Assembly: GCA_965202585.1 (NCBI GenBank)
Contig: OZ241833.1
Location: 27,962,001-28,026,000 of the forward strand
Length of the DNA: 64,000 bases
Direction: 5' to 3'
DNA from: Thalia democratica
Taxonomy: Eukaryota
The notes under the pieces are model-generated. The model searched no databases. It had not been told where the DNA came from and was given only the letters and a program-made list of their open reading frames with translations. Shown piece after piece: positions 22,610 to 34,320 of the stretch. Both the position numbers and the translations under genes were made by a program. Numbering within the stretch: position 1 is the first letter of the stretch; the number at the start of each line of letters is the position of its first letter.

Positions 22610-25379
22610 TGCTGCTGCCCGAATCACTCTCTTTGATTTTTTTTTTATAATTTCTGTTGACGACTTTTTTGAAAATTGTTGTGCGATGTACTAAAGTGCA
22701 ATAATAGCAAAAACTTGTTTTTTTTTTTAATTCTTTTCTCCGCGCAGTGTTCATATAATTTTGATATTTTCTACTAAAAAGCAGTCTTTCCGCAAGAGCT
22801 TGGTGTAATATGCTTTAACTTTTATATTTAAAACAATTTTTACACTAAAAGTTAAAAGTAGTTGACTTGACATTAAGTTGTTTAAGCTTCATTTTGTCTA
22901 TTATTAGTTTTAGAAGCTATTAAGTATAGTTACACTAAATTAAGATCATTCTAAAGCACTTGCTTATTTCAAACAAAATTATGCTTGATTTTTATGGTTT
23001 TATTTCAACTTTTGTTAGTTGGAAAAATGTTTTAATGTTCAACTTAAAAAGCTTAAAGTTTAAGAATTGTAAATAGATAAATTTATTTCTATTTTTTCAC
23101 ATAAATAGTTTGTACTTAAGATTTTTTTAGTTATCTTAAAGCTGTAGAAAAATTGAAATGTAAAAAAAAATATTTTTAGTAAACACAAGTTCAAATACAA
23201 AGTTTTAATTTAAGAAAACTTATTTATTTATACTAATAACTGTAATATTTAAATTCAAACAATTTTTAAGCATACTTTCCTTTTTTTTTCTTGTTTTGTG
23301 GGATATAATTTTTTTGTAGACGCTTTTAATAAGTTAATTAAATTCAAATCAGTTTTTTTAAATTATATTTTAGTAATTTTTGTTTTAGATAAATCTATTA
23401 CTGTACTAGCAAAAAAATAGGTACACATTTAAGTTCTGTAAATTATAATAATCTGGATTTAAAAATAAATTACAATTAAGAATATACTTATTTTATATTT
23501 TAGAAACTTATTTAAAAAGAATCAAAACCATATTTTGCCTCACCAATTAATATTTTATTTGAGGTAGTTTTAGAATATGCGTTTACAAGCTATCATTTAA
23601 GCTTGTTAAGCTTTTTAAAACAAGAACCTTGAAATGTACTCTTAGTTTACCTTTCAGAACACTTAAGTGCTTAGCGAATAAAAATTTAAGCATAATTTCC
23701 TTCAATATCTTGAAGAACAAACTTAGGTTTAATTATCAGTTTGCAACAAATTTAAATAATTCAATCAAGATGTGATATTACAAGGCAGCAGGTTTTTTGA
23801 CGAATAAAAGCGCGCGAAACCAACTGCATAAACAGACTGCAATCCGGAGATTTACGGGCGAAGTGGAACTACAGCTCTCCAAGTGGTTGGAATGCTAGAG
23901 CTGCTGTTCCACCTAGTCAAAAAGAAGGATAAGGAAAATTTATGAACCACTTCAGTTTTCTACTTATTTCATTTTTTTTTTTTTTAATTGTTTTTTTACA
24001 ACTTTATTCGACCTTCAAACATTTGATAAGTCGGAGCTAACTCATAAAAACATAAAAGTCGGAGCTAACATAAAACTCAGTTAAATAAGAATATTGGTAA
24101 TCAAAATAATTTGAAATATGTTATATTGTTGCAGTAAAACCATGATAAATTTGAATACTTTGGAAAATTTTATTTGGGGATATTCAAAGAAAACTTTAAA
24201 GGAAAAAAAAAATTCCATCATTATAAAGTTAGTTTAAAAAGTAATTTTAAAAAAATCGTATTTTAATTTTTAAGAAAAACTAAAATAGACAAAAAAAAAC
24301 GTTAAATTTTTAAAGGGGCCCCACTACTAAATTCAAATTTCAATCCAATGGATTTTTTAAATTAAAGGCAAAAGAGCGTTCTCTAAAAAAATCTAATTTA
24401 GCTATAAAGACAAGGAAAATAATTGGATCTAAAGTAGTTTTTGAAATTTTTTCAAAACTGCAGTGCAGATAATGCTAATCGAGCCAAAGTAACCCTCAAG
24501 TTATTTAGAGGATAAAACTGTGGTTTTATTTTAAGACATGTTTCATTTTGAATACCGAATACTTTGAATTATTCAGTCCAGTCTGGGTATTTATGTTAGT
24601 AAGCTTTGAAAAGATGTGTGTAACAAAGATTGGTTATCCATGTAACTTAATTCATGGTAGTTTAAAAATTTTTTAGTTTATCATATGTATTGTGAGTAAA
24701 ATATCGTACTAAGTTAATGCATATTTTAGTTTAGCTCTTAATATAAAAATAACTATTATTTATTGGTAAATATATTTTCTGAGCTTTATTTCATTAATTT
24801 TTAAATTCAAAGTAGTTTTATAGCTCATAAATTTTATGGTTTTTAAATGCATGACACTTCACAAAAATAACTAGGTTATCTAAGTTCACATTTCCGTGGT
24901 TGGTTATAAAATAAGAAGATGTATAAAATAATTTGAAAAAATAATTAAGCTATAATGCTTTTACTAATTTTTAATCATAATAATATAAAATCATAAAAAT
25001 AATAAACATAAATCATAAATAACACAAATAACTTTTTAAATATTGAAAAAATACTTGTACTTTTTCACTTAGTAATTTTATAAAAATATATTTTTGTAAA
25101 TAGATGAAAAATATAAGATCATGTCAAAACATAGAAATGATCAGTGTTTAAAATAAGTAACATGTAAAGTTTTGAAGCGCTCTTTTTCATGTTTTTAACT
25201 TGTAACGCCTTTTGAACTAAAAACTTTTCAAAGGTTAATTGTTTTGTTTTCACCATAGGGTGTTGCATATAACAGCTTTATTTTATATTATTTATATAAA
25301 AAAATTATAAGCTAAAAAAATCTGACCTTAACTTTGATTTTAAACTGCTATAATAAAAATATAACATCGACATGTAGAT

Positions 25380-25656
25380 CAGGTTTTTCTTAAACTTTTT
25401 TTTTTCAAATGTCCGCTTTTAAACAAAAAAAATTATGACCTCCTCCAACAAAGTTTCTCAAAAAACTACGGTTAAAAATGCTTAAAGACTTTTTATTAAT
25501 TTTAATTTTGCTCTTCCTCATCAACTACAGAATATCTACGTCTTAAATTTTAAACTATGACCTCATTGCACCCTTTGGCCCCGTTGCAGCTTATAGCCCT
25601 TTAAATTTCTTTAAGGGCCCTTACAAGGGACAATTAGCCCATTTTGGAAAACCCTG
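25380..25656. mobile_element. hAT-type MITE, same family as 18235
   Basis: caggtttttc … ggaaaaccctg; interior similar to the reverse complement of the 18235 element. Confidence 0.65.
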
Positions 25657-26241
25657 ATCTACATCTTATTTTTTGTTGTTTGAATTTTAAGGATTTTGTT
25701 TACCTTCTTGAATACAAAACCTTGATTCAAATACCTTTATTTGAGTTATGCTAAATTGAAATCAAAACAAAAGAGCAAGAAGTTTTAAAAACTTCAATTT
25801 CTTAATGTTTATTAACTTTATATGTTTTGTTTAATGTTGAAATAATTAAAAAGTATTGCATAACATTTTAATGTTTGGGCAACTATTTTACAATAATATT
25901 TTTATAGGGTTGTTTAAAGATGAAGACAGAGTTTGGTGGGACTTAATCATGATTATCTTTTGGACCCTTTTACATCTGTACATCTTTTGCAAGGTTTGGA
26001 ATCTGGTAGAAAAGATGGTGAAAAAAACAAAAGGTTCAGATTGTTTTGTTCATTATTTGTGTACTGAATTACAATAGCTTTTAGGCGATGCTTTTTTATA
26101 GTATCATTTAGAAACAAGATGACAAATGTTACTATATGAAACATAATAAGTAAACATTATTTATTAAATAGTTTTATGAGTGAATAATACCTTTGTAAGT
26201 GAAATTAAAAAAAAATGTTTTATAATTTAAATAAATAGCAA

Positions 26242-26953
26242 GGCCATAGGGGGGGTAGGCCATGTTTTTTACAAGTTGATCTTATTTTATAGAGTTTTTA
26301 CTAAGCTTCAAGTTGCTTTTTACCGTTTTTAAAAATTCGAATTAGTTTTTGAGATATGACCGGCCAAAGTCGGGCCGCATAACAGGTTCCTTATGGGGAA
26401 GGAAAAACTAAAACGGCGAAAAAAGACTAATGCATTCAAAATCTATCTCCTCCTTCATTTTTTAAGCAATCTTCTTCAAACTTTTACAGTCTATTTTTTA
26501 TACAATAAAAAAAAAAACATTATTTGTGACTTTAAAAAATTTCAAGTAAAAATACCTTTTTTTTGAAAAAAAAAAAAATTTTGATAAAAAATCACTTTTT
26601 TTTTTTTTTTTTGTCATAAAATTTTTATTTTTTGAAATTATTAAAATTCACAAATAGCGTTTTTTTCTCATAATGTAAGGAACATTTCCTAAAAATTTGA
26701 AGAAGATTGCTTGTAAAATGAAGGAGAAGATAGATTTTAAAGCCCGTTTTTTAAAACTCGAAAAAAACGGCTTTAAAGTTACCCCTTATATACCCTTTAT
26801 AAAGACAACCCTTTATATAGCCGGTCATAAAAAAAAAGTTACTTAATATTTTTAAAATCTAAAAAAAGCATCTAAAAGATTATGAAATTTACTATAATAT
26901 AAGTCTATATGTTATTTTTGGTCAAAAAATGGCTTCTACCCCCCCCTTTGGCT
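26242..26953. mobile_element. Degenerate relative of the 4797 palindromic MITE
   Basis: ggccatagggggg … ccccccctttggc; shares gatcttattttat…actaagct and aaaactaaaacggc blocks. Confidence 0.65.
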
Positions 26954-28969
26954 TTTCATTTTAAACTTAAGTTGAAAATTACAAAATATTTGTTTAAGAA
27001 CGTAGTTTAAGTTTTAAAGTTCATTAGAAACGTTATTTGTAACCGAGTTTTATTATAAAAAGTTTGTGCAAACTTAGTCAATACTACACGATGGGGGTTA
27101 AGTCGTAACTAAATATTTTATTTATCAGATAATAATAAAAATAAAAGTAGAATTTTGAGTCACATTTATACAAAGCTGTGTAAAGCTGAGATAAGTTGTT
27201 TATAAAAATATTTTTTTAAGTAAGTTAAAAGTTATTTAAGGTTAAAAACCGTCAGCATTTCAATTTTTAGCTCAATATGAACTAAAAAATTTCTTAAGTA
27301 TTTTCATAAAATTACTTGCAAGCACTACAAAAAGAAACTAAATTTCTTACAACTTGCTTTTTTTTTTCAATTTTTCTTTGTAATGACATAGTGTTTATAA
27401 AAAGCATGAAGACTTTATAAAAAAAAATTATTTTTTAATTTCAGACACCTTCTAAAAAACATAAGATCCATTAAAAAATTGAGTTACAATAAAAGCTTAA
27501 AGCCTAAAACTCAAAACTTCTAAAAATTTTTTTTGTAGCTTTTCCATTATATATACCCCATCAAAAGAGAAAAATTAAGTTAAATCTCCTTAAAGTTTCT
27601 TGATTTATATGACCTTCATTTTCGGTTTTTATGCCTTTTAACACTAATGAGTTAAAAAAAAGCACATTTTAGAACAAAAATGATACCAATAGTTTAAAAC
27701 TTTTGAATAATTAATACTATTTCGAATGAGAACTATAACATAATAAATAAAAAATGTTAAAAAAAAAAGTACATTAGGTATAGTTGTGGCAACTTTTAGT
27801 TTTGTTGTAAAGTAAATGTTATATTTTTGCATAAATTTAACAAAAGCTAGCAGCATAAAACATTACACACTCTTTAAAAAAACCTAAGCAGAAAGAAGAA
27901 TAATAAGTTTTAAAAGGAGGAGACCATGTTATATTGAAAATGTATGCCTTTCAATTTAATTTTATAGTCAACAAAAAGAAAATTAAGGCTTGCCATTGTT
28001 TAGTATACTAACTTGTAAACTTTATTAAGATACTTTTATAAAAAGCATTGACTTTTTTTTCTAATGTTAAATAATTCTTTTAAAAGCATTATTGTCGATG
28101 CAAGGTATAAGAGTTTGAGTATAGATTTGTAAACTAATCACATTATTAAGTTACTATATATAAGTTTCAAATGAACTTAGAAAATAAGCTAAAAAGGGTG
28201 AGAACATGAAGTTATAAACATGAATTTTAATAATAAGTTTAACTTGAAAGTATTCAGTATACTACAGATTAAAAATGAGACTAAGTGTTTCTCTTAATAA
28301 TGTAAAAAATAACTTATCACAAATATTTAAACAAGCAATAATTTTCCAGGAACAAAAGCACATGAACCAAACAAAAAAGATGAATAGATTTTTAGAAGAT
28401 TGTTTATGATACTCTGAAGACTATGAAGTTTTTGAAACAACTTTTTTAGAATTAAAAAATAGCTGTAAATAAAACTTTGTTTTAATAAACAAATTTTCAA
28501 TTACTTATTCTTACTTGCTTAGTTTTATTGTCCTATTTTCATGTTCTATTTTATATATTAGATACTAAATCACTGCTGTTATATTAACTAAATTCCATAT
28601 ACATGAAAAGTTTATAGTATGCTTTAACAATATGATTGGTTTTAAATGAAAAAAAGTGAATTTAAGTAACTGTGTTTTTTTTCGGCTGGCCATATTAACA
28701 GGAAAAATTTCTTTAAGGGCCATAAAATTTTTGGAAGTTTTACTTTATTAAATAAATTTGCATGTAACAACAAGTATGAAATAAAATATAACTTAACTAG
28801 GCAGCACAATTTGTTCACTACCAGAAAAGAGCATATAAATTAAAAATATTTTTTATTTAGGGTGCACAGGTTTTGATAGTTTAAAGCCACTGCTCTATAC
28901 AAATTAAAACTTGGTATATTTTTAAACTAGTATACTATTAATCACAACCAAATAAGTTATCATCTAAGC

Positions 28970-29819
28970 CAGGGTTTCCCAAAATTTTTTTCAAAAGGCT
29001 CCCTACAACAAGATTTCTCAAAAATCTGCCATTAAAACTGCCGGGTGCACGACAATTCAAATTCTTAAAAAAACTGAAAGGGCCAAAACTAAAAAAGTAA
29101 AGTATATTTGTCAAATATAAAAAATACATGTGTAGGTCATGTAAGTATCTAAAAGCAATTTTTTTCTTATTGCAGAACTTTAAATATTTTTTGAAATATG
29201 GCTTAAATAAAGTAAAAAACATGATTATTTTTAGTAATTTTTAAATGTCTTTGAAATATTTAAGATTTTGCGTAAAAAGAAAAAAGTAGTTAGTAGATGT
29301 TAATAAGATCAAAATTACAATACTTATTTAGATGAGTCTTTTAAATATTTTTAAAAATTTGAGTTGTAAAAATTTGAACTGTCATGTAACCAAAACTGCC
29401 TAAGAAATTTTTTGCTTTTTCTCATCAACTCCAGAATATCTAGTTTAAGTTTCAAATTGTGGCCTTTTGACTTCCACTTTTACGGCTTTTGGCCCCCTAA
29501 ACTTCCTAAAACATTTTGAATATCTATTAAAACAATAGTTTATTAAACGAAAAAAAAACGGTCAAAATACTTGGTTTTAAGACCTGAAGCACAAAGAAGC
29601 TTTCAATTATCAAGTCGTACACTACGGATACCTTTTATCGTCTTGTCAAGGAAAGTTTCAAAACCACCATTAAAAACTCCTATAACCTTTTTTTTGCTTT
29701 TCATCATCAACTCCAGAATAACTAAAGTACGTTTCAATTTATGACCTCGTGCCCACCCTGTGGCTTCTTTACTGCTCATGACCCTCTAAATTTCTGTAAT
29801 GGCTCCCAAAAGTGGAGCG
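28970..29819. mobile_element. hAT-type MITE, host of a nested Mutator-like MITE
   Basis: cagggtttccc left end; 8-bp direct repeat atctaagc at 28962-28969 and 29820-29827; right TIR decayed. Confidence 0.6.
29043..29391. mobile_element. Mutator-like MITE (same family as 16706, opposite orientation)
   Basis: Perfect 9-bp TSD aaaactgcc; ends gggtgcacgac / gtcatgtaacc. Confidence 0.88.
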
Positions 29820-31329
29820 ATCTAAGCGGTTCTTAAGCTGATAAACCATAGTTTAAATTAACTTTCATCTAAACTATTACTCGCCCGTTTAATTTAAGTA
29901 CAAATCCAATTTAGTTCGATCAGATGCAATCTGACAGTTTTTTAGCGTACATATATTTTAGATAAGTTTTATCTTCATTAAAAAAAATTTTTTTTAAAGC
30001 CCAAACATGGCAGCTAAAGTTTTGTATTAAATTCAACACAAAGGATTAGATGATTATAGTGAGCAAACACTATAGACCTTAATTTCAATCTTTGTTTTTA
30101 AAACAACGCTTTGTTTTTAAATGTTAAGTTAATTAAATTAGACAGTAGTTATAAAAAAAAACTTAAATTATTATTTTTTGTGATTATATGTTTTATTTGT
30201 ACTATTTAAGTACAACAATTGATCGTACGCTTTTTGGTGCTTAAAGCTGTAACTAGTTCTGTTTTATAAAAAGTTTTACCAGAATATATTCAGCCTATAT
30301 TGTGTTTTTGCCGTTTAAAACTTTGATTTGGAATTTCACAATACTTATAACCAATTTTAGCTGCATTACTACTACTTTTATACCAGTATACCACTAGTCT
30401 ATGAAAAAATTTAGAAACTGTTTTACCGAGAAAATTTAAATTTAGTTAATTTTGGTTATTTAGGCGCTTAAAAAATGCATTTTATGCTTAGTGAAACAAA
30501 AAAAATTTTTGTGTTAACAACGTTTGTGAAAGCTAAGTTTCTAATTCGAAAAAAAAAGATCTCAAGAATGTTCCGCACCGAGTAAACATAAGTTTCACTA
30601 CTTAATAATTTTAAAAGTGCTTATTCTTAAAATGTTATTTATCTGTTATTGTTATTTTTCTATTGTCACTTATAAATTCTGATGTACTCTCATTAAATGA
30701 GACACTCTCAAATTCGTGACTTGTTGTCGAATGACATTTAACTGTACGAGCTGTCCTGAGTTACTCAGAGCACTATACTTCATATAGTTTTAAATAATCC
30801 CTATATTTTTTACATGTTTAAATCATTAATAGTCATGCTTGATGTCCAACTTTAACTATAATAAGTAAATAAGTAGTACTGTAAATAAGTAGTACAATAC
30901 ATTGGTAAATTAACATATTAACTGATGTTGTTACAATTATAAAGAATTGAGTTTTTTTCGCGCCTGTATCAATTTTTGTTTAATTTAAAATTTCCGTTTA
31001 TTACTTTATTACTTTAGTTCTTTATTGTTTTTTTTCTATCAACAAAATAAATTCATGCATTAAACACATTAATAATTACTCGAACGGCCCAAAAAGGGTA
31101 TACTAAAAATTTCCACCTGCGTACAATTCCCACCCAAAGTAATTATTTATCTTTTTACTTATTCATTTTTATTTATTTTAATTTTTTGGTTCATTTATTT
31201 TTTATTTAATTTTTTACTATCAGTGTTACACTCCAACCTTTACCCTTGGTCGGTTAGCGGTTTTCGGAATTGATGGAGTGGGAATTGTGCGCGGGTTGGA
31301 ACTGAGCGGTTCCCTTAAAATATATAATA

Positions 31330-31880
31330 CACCATCAAATATTAAAGAAAGCCTTAAAGGCTCAGCAGCAAAGTACAACCAGCATTAAACAACTATAATT
31401 TTTAACTCAAACTTAACAGTCCAAATGACCAAGACAATTAAGGTAAAAAAGCAACAAAAACGATTAAGAATAATAGCTTGTTTTAGTCCACCTTGCTGCC
31501 AGTCAGTTAATACCAATATCGGTATAAGGTATTTAAGAACTCATAAACGCTTATCTACACAGGATCGAAAGTTAAACACAAGGGTAAAAGAAAACGTTTT
31601 CTAAGAATAAGAAAAGTGAATGAAATTTATTGAAAAAACTATTTTAAGGACACAGCTGTAAATGTTTTAATATCAAAAGCGATAGAGAAAGCAAAATACT
31701 TTGTGACTGTCGAATAAACAAATGCCACCTCAATAACAAATGCTAGGTCTAAAACGTCAAATGTAAAGTAACAATTAGCTCGGCAAACGACTAATAAGAA
31801 TATTTGAGTTAACAAGTTGAGTTTTAAAAAAGATTGTATAATCATAACGATGACTTCAAAACTATAAGTATGCAAATTTA
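31330..31880 (+). mobile_element. Highly degenerate Penelope-like element fragment (RT thumb-linker-GIY-YIG)
   Basis: Broken translations RIIACFSPPCCQSVNTNIG, CDCRINKCHLNNKC and KRLYNHNDDF match the PLE pattern WFNPP..V.TNIG / CNCR..CPL.GKC / FK.R.YNH. Confidence 0.6.
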
Positions 31881-31918
31881 ACGTTCTTTTGGTTATTTCA
31901 ATTCTAAACTCTTTAGCT

Positions 31919-32268
31919 CAGGGGTCGGCAAACTGCGGCCCGCGGGCCAAATGCGGCCCTTTAAGCCAAAACCTGCGGCCCGCGAGCTCCTTTTCAGCAA
32001 AAAATATACATTTTAAAAACAAAAAAAAAACAATATTTTTGTGATAAAAACTTACATTTAGGCTCTTAATTCAACAAATACTCATTATTAATGGTCTAAT
32101 ATTACTTAGTTTGTTATATTTTTGATCTTAAATAATATTCTCTACTGATTACTAGAATTTTTTAAGATAAATGCGGCCCTCAAAGGTTTTTTTTCTAAAT
32201 AGTGCGGCCCGCGAGCAAATTTTTCTAAGAAAAATGGCCCGCGAGTCACATAAGGCTGCCGACCCCTG
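31919..32268. mobile_element. hAT (Charlie/SPIN-like) MITE
   Basis: TIR CAGGGGTCGGCA; gcggcccgcg subterminal motifs; perfect 8-bp TSD ctttagct. Confidence 0.92.
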
Positions 32269-32516
32269 CTTTAGCTCTTAGTTCTTGTATCAAACTTGTA
32301 ACTTACTTGATTACTTAAAAGACATCCGAGCATACAGTAAGCTAGTAAAAATTACTATATTTTAATTTTTTTTCAGAAAATAACTTGTTTAAGCAATTTA
32401 AACAAGTAAAAGTATATTTATTTGATAAACTATTTGTAAAAAAATACACAAATATAAACGCGGTGTTGTTTTTATTTTTTCAGCTACACGCTTTACTTTT
32501 TCTTTCTGACTTTCCT

Positions 32517-33498
32517 CTACCGATTTTTCGTGATACATTTTATCTTTTTCGAATTGCACAGACAGTCCATGTTTGTGAAATACCCTTTTCCGTACCATAT
32601 GAAGAGCTGCTCGTCCGTTTTAATGGCTTGCTTGCTGACGACAAAGTTCCGCGGGCATATTCCCACCTCCACGTACAGGGTCCTGCAGTTCAGTTTATCC
32701 CCGCAATCGTGGTTGATGAACCTGGTGTGGTTGCCCATCGCGCCCGCGTCTATCTTCATGGTCGAGTAGGTGCAAAAGTTGTAGTTGAGGAGTCCTTTCT
32801 TTTTCATTTGTATCGACCGTTCGTCGCACTCTTCTTCCGTGATGAGCTCTCCAGTGTACTCTCCGATTACTGTGTCTGAAAATAACCGGTTTTTTTAGTC
32901 ACTGTAAATTTAAAAAACAAAATTTGAACTATAACATAAAAAAGGTTGTAAATTGGAAAAAATAATTAAAACATTCAAACTAACTAGCTGGTATTGCATG
33001 CCTGGCAAACAGTCCGTAACCCATTTTTTCGCCGAGTGGCTGCAAATAAAAATGATTTTCAGGATCGTCGAGACAGCTCAGATTGTACTTCTTCAACTCT
33101 TTCAAGGTGATACAGTTGTTCGCGTCACGGTTCGTGTTGTCCAACTGAGTGCCTCTTCTGACCACGAGGTGGTCCGTCCAAACGTGGTGCCTGTGCGGGT
33201 TGGATTTGTAGTAAGGAGCATAAATGCTGCCCGGCCCTCCCTCAAACCTCCTTTCAACCTCGAACTTTCCCTCGTTTGCAACTCTCAACCATTTTTCCAT
33301 TCTTGCTGGTTGCACGTTGGTGGTCCTGAGCGGAGCGAACTTTTTCAACTCGTGCCTGATCGGATTACTTTTTCTGGGGCTCTTTCTCCCTGTGCGCTTG
33401 TTGGAACTTTTTCTTGGTTGCTTAAGCGGACTTTTCCTTGCCGATTTCTTACGTTGCCGATTTCTTTTCTTCCTCGATACCACCTCGGACCAACTCAT
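32517..33498 (-). CDS. Stand-alone SET-domain (putative lysine methyltransferase) protein, 290 aa; exons 33498-32985 and 32875-32517
   Basis: Phase-1 GT(gttagt)-AG intron joins MGYGLFARHAIPA to NTVIGEYTGELITEEEC…IDAGAMGNHTRFINHDC…EQLFIWYG…CLCNSKKIKC; no stops or frameshifts. Confidence 0.92.
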
Positions 33499-33586
33499 TG
33501 TTTTGCTTCAACAACTATAACGGCTTCGATAAATTTTGAAGCGGCTTTTTGCTTCAATAAAAATTAAGGTTTAAGTTTGAACAGAG

Positions 33587-33594
33587 TTTATATA
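33587..33594 (-). promoter_or_regulatory. TATA box of the SET gene
   Basis: TATATAAA on the minus strand ~90 nt upstream of the ATG (context aaacaATGa). Confidence 0.55.
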
Positions 33595-34320
33595 CCCATT
33601 TCTTGAAAATTTTTACTACGTCATAGTAAACTTAACATTACTTAAATTTTGTAGAAAAAATAAACTTACCAAAAATATGCCTATATTAAAACAATTTTGT
33701 GGCGTTTAATTTCCTTTAATAAATTCTTCCATGTTTTGTTTAACTTTTATTTTTCAGATTTAAATTGTAGCTGAAGATCCTTTAAAGGGTGAAACTTAGT
33801 TTTACAAATAAAATTTGATTAAATAATGTTGTATATTTAAATTGATGTATATTGTATGTCATACACGTCATACGTATGTTTTGCCTTACTAATTATGCAA
33901 TTTGTACTAAAAAGCACCTAAAAAAGATAACAAAATAAGTTACCTAGAGTATTTTTTGCTGTTATAAATTTAAATGTTTTTAAATTATATCCCACAATAG
34001 GCCAGCAAAAGGAAATAGCAAAAAAAAAAATAAAAAATTTTCTAAGAAAGTCTGTGAGTAGAAAAGCCAAGGTTCTAGCACATTTAGTGCTTCAAACTAA
34101 ATTAAAAATATCCATCTATAACTTTAGCACAGTGGCTCACTTTAGCACGAAGGGTCACTTTCAAATTATGATGTCAGTCTATCAAACTAAACTATTATAA
34201 GATAAACATTTTAATTTATAGTTTCATAAAAAAATTCAAAAAGGTACCAACTGATCAAAAATCTATAAATAAATATTCTAACCGACAAATATTTTAAACA
34301 AGTTATCAATAATCACGTAG

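Noticed and set aside
32385-33567. Plus-strand ORFs of 164, 79, 204 and 98 aa
   Set aside because: Antisense to the SET gene; no recognisable motifs.
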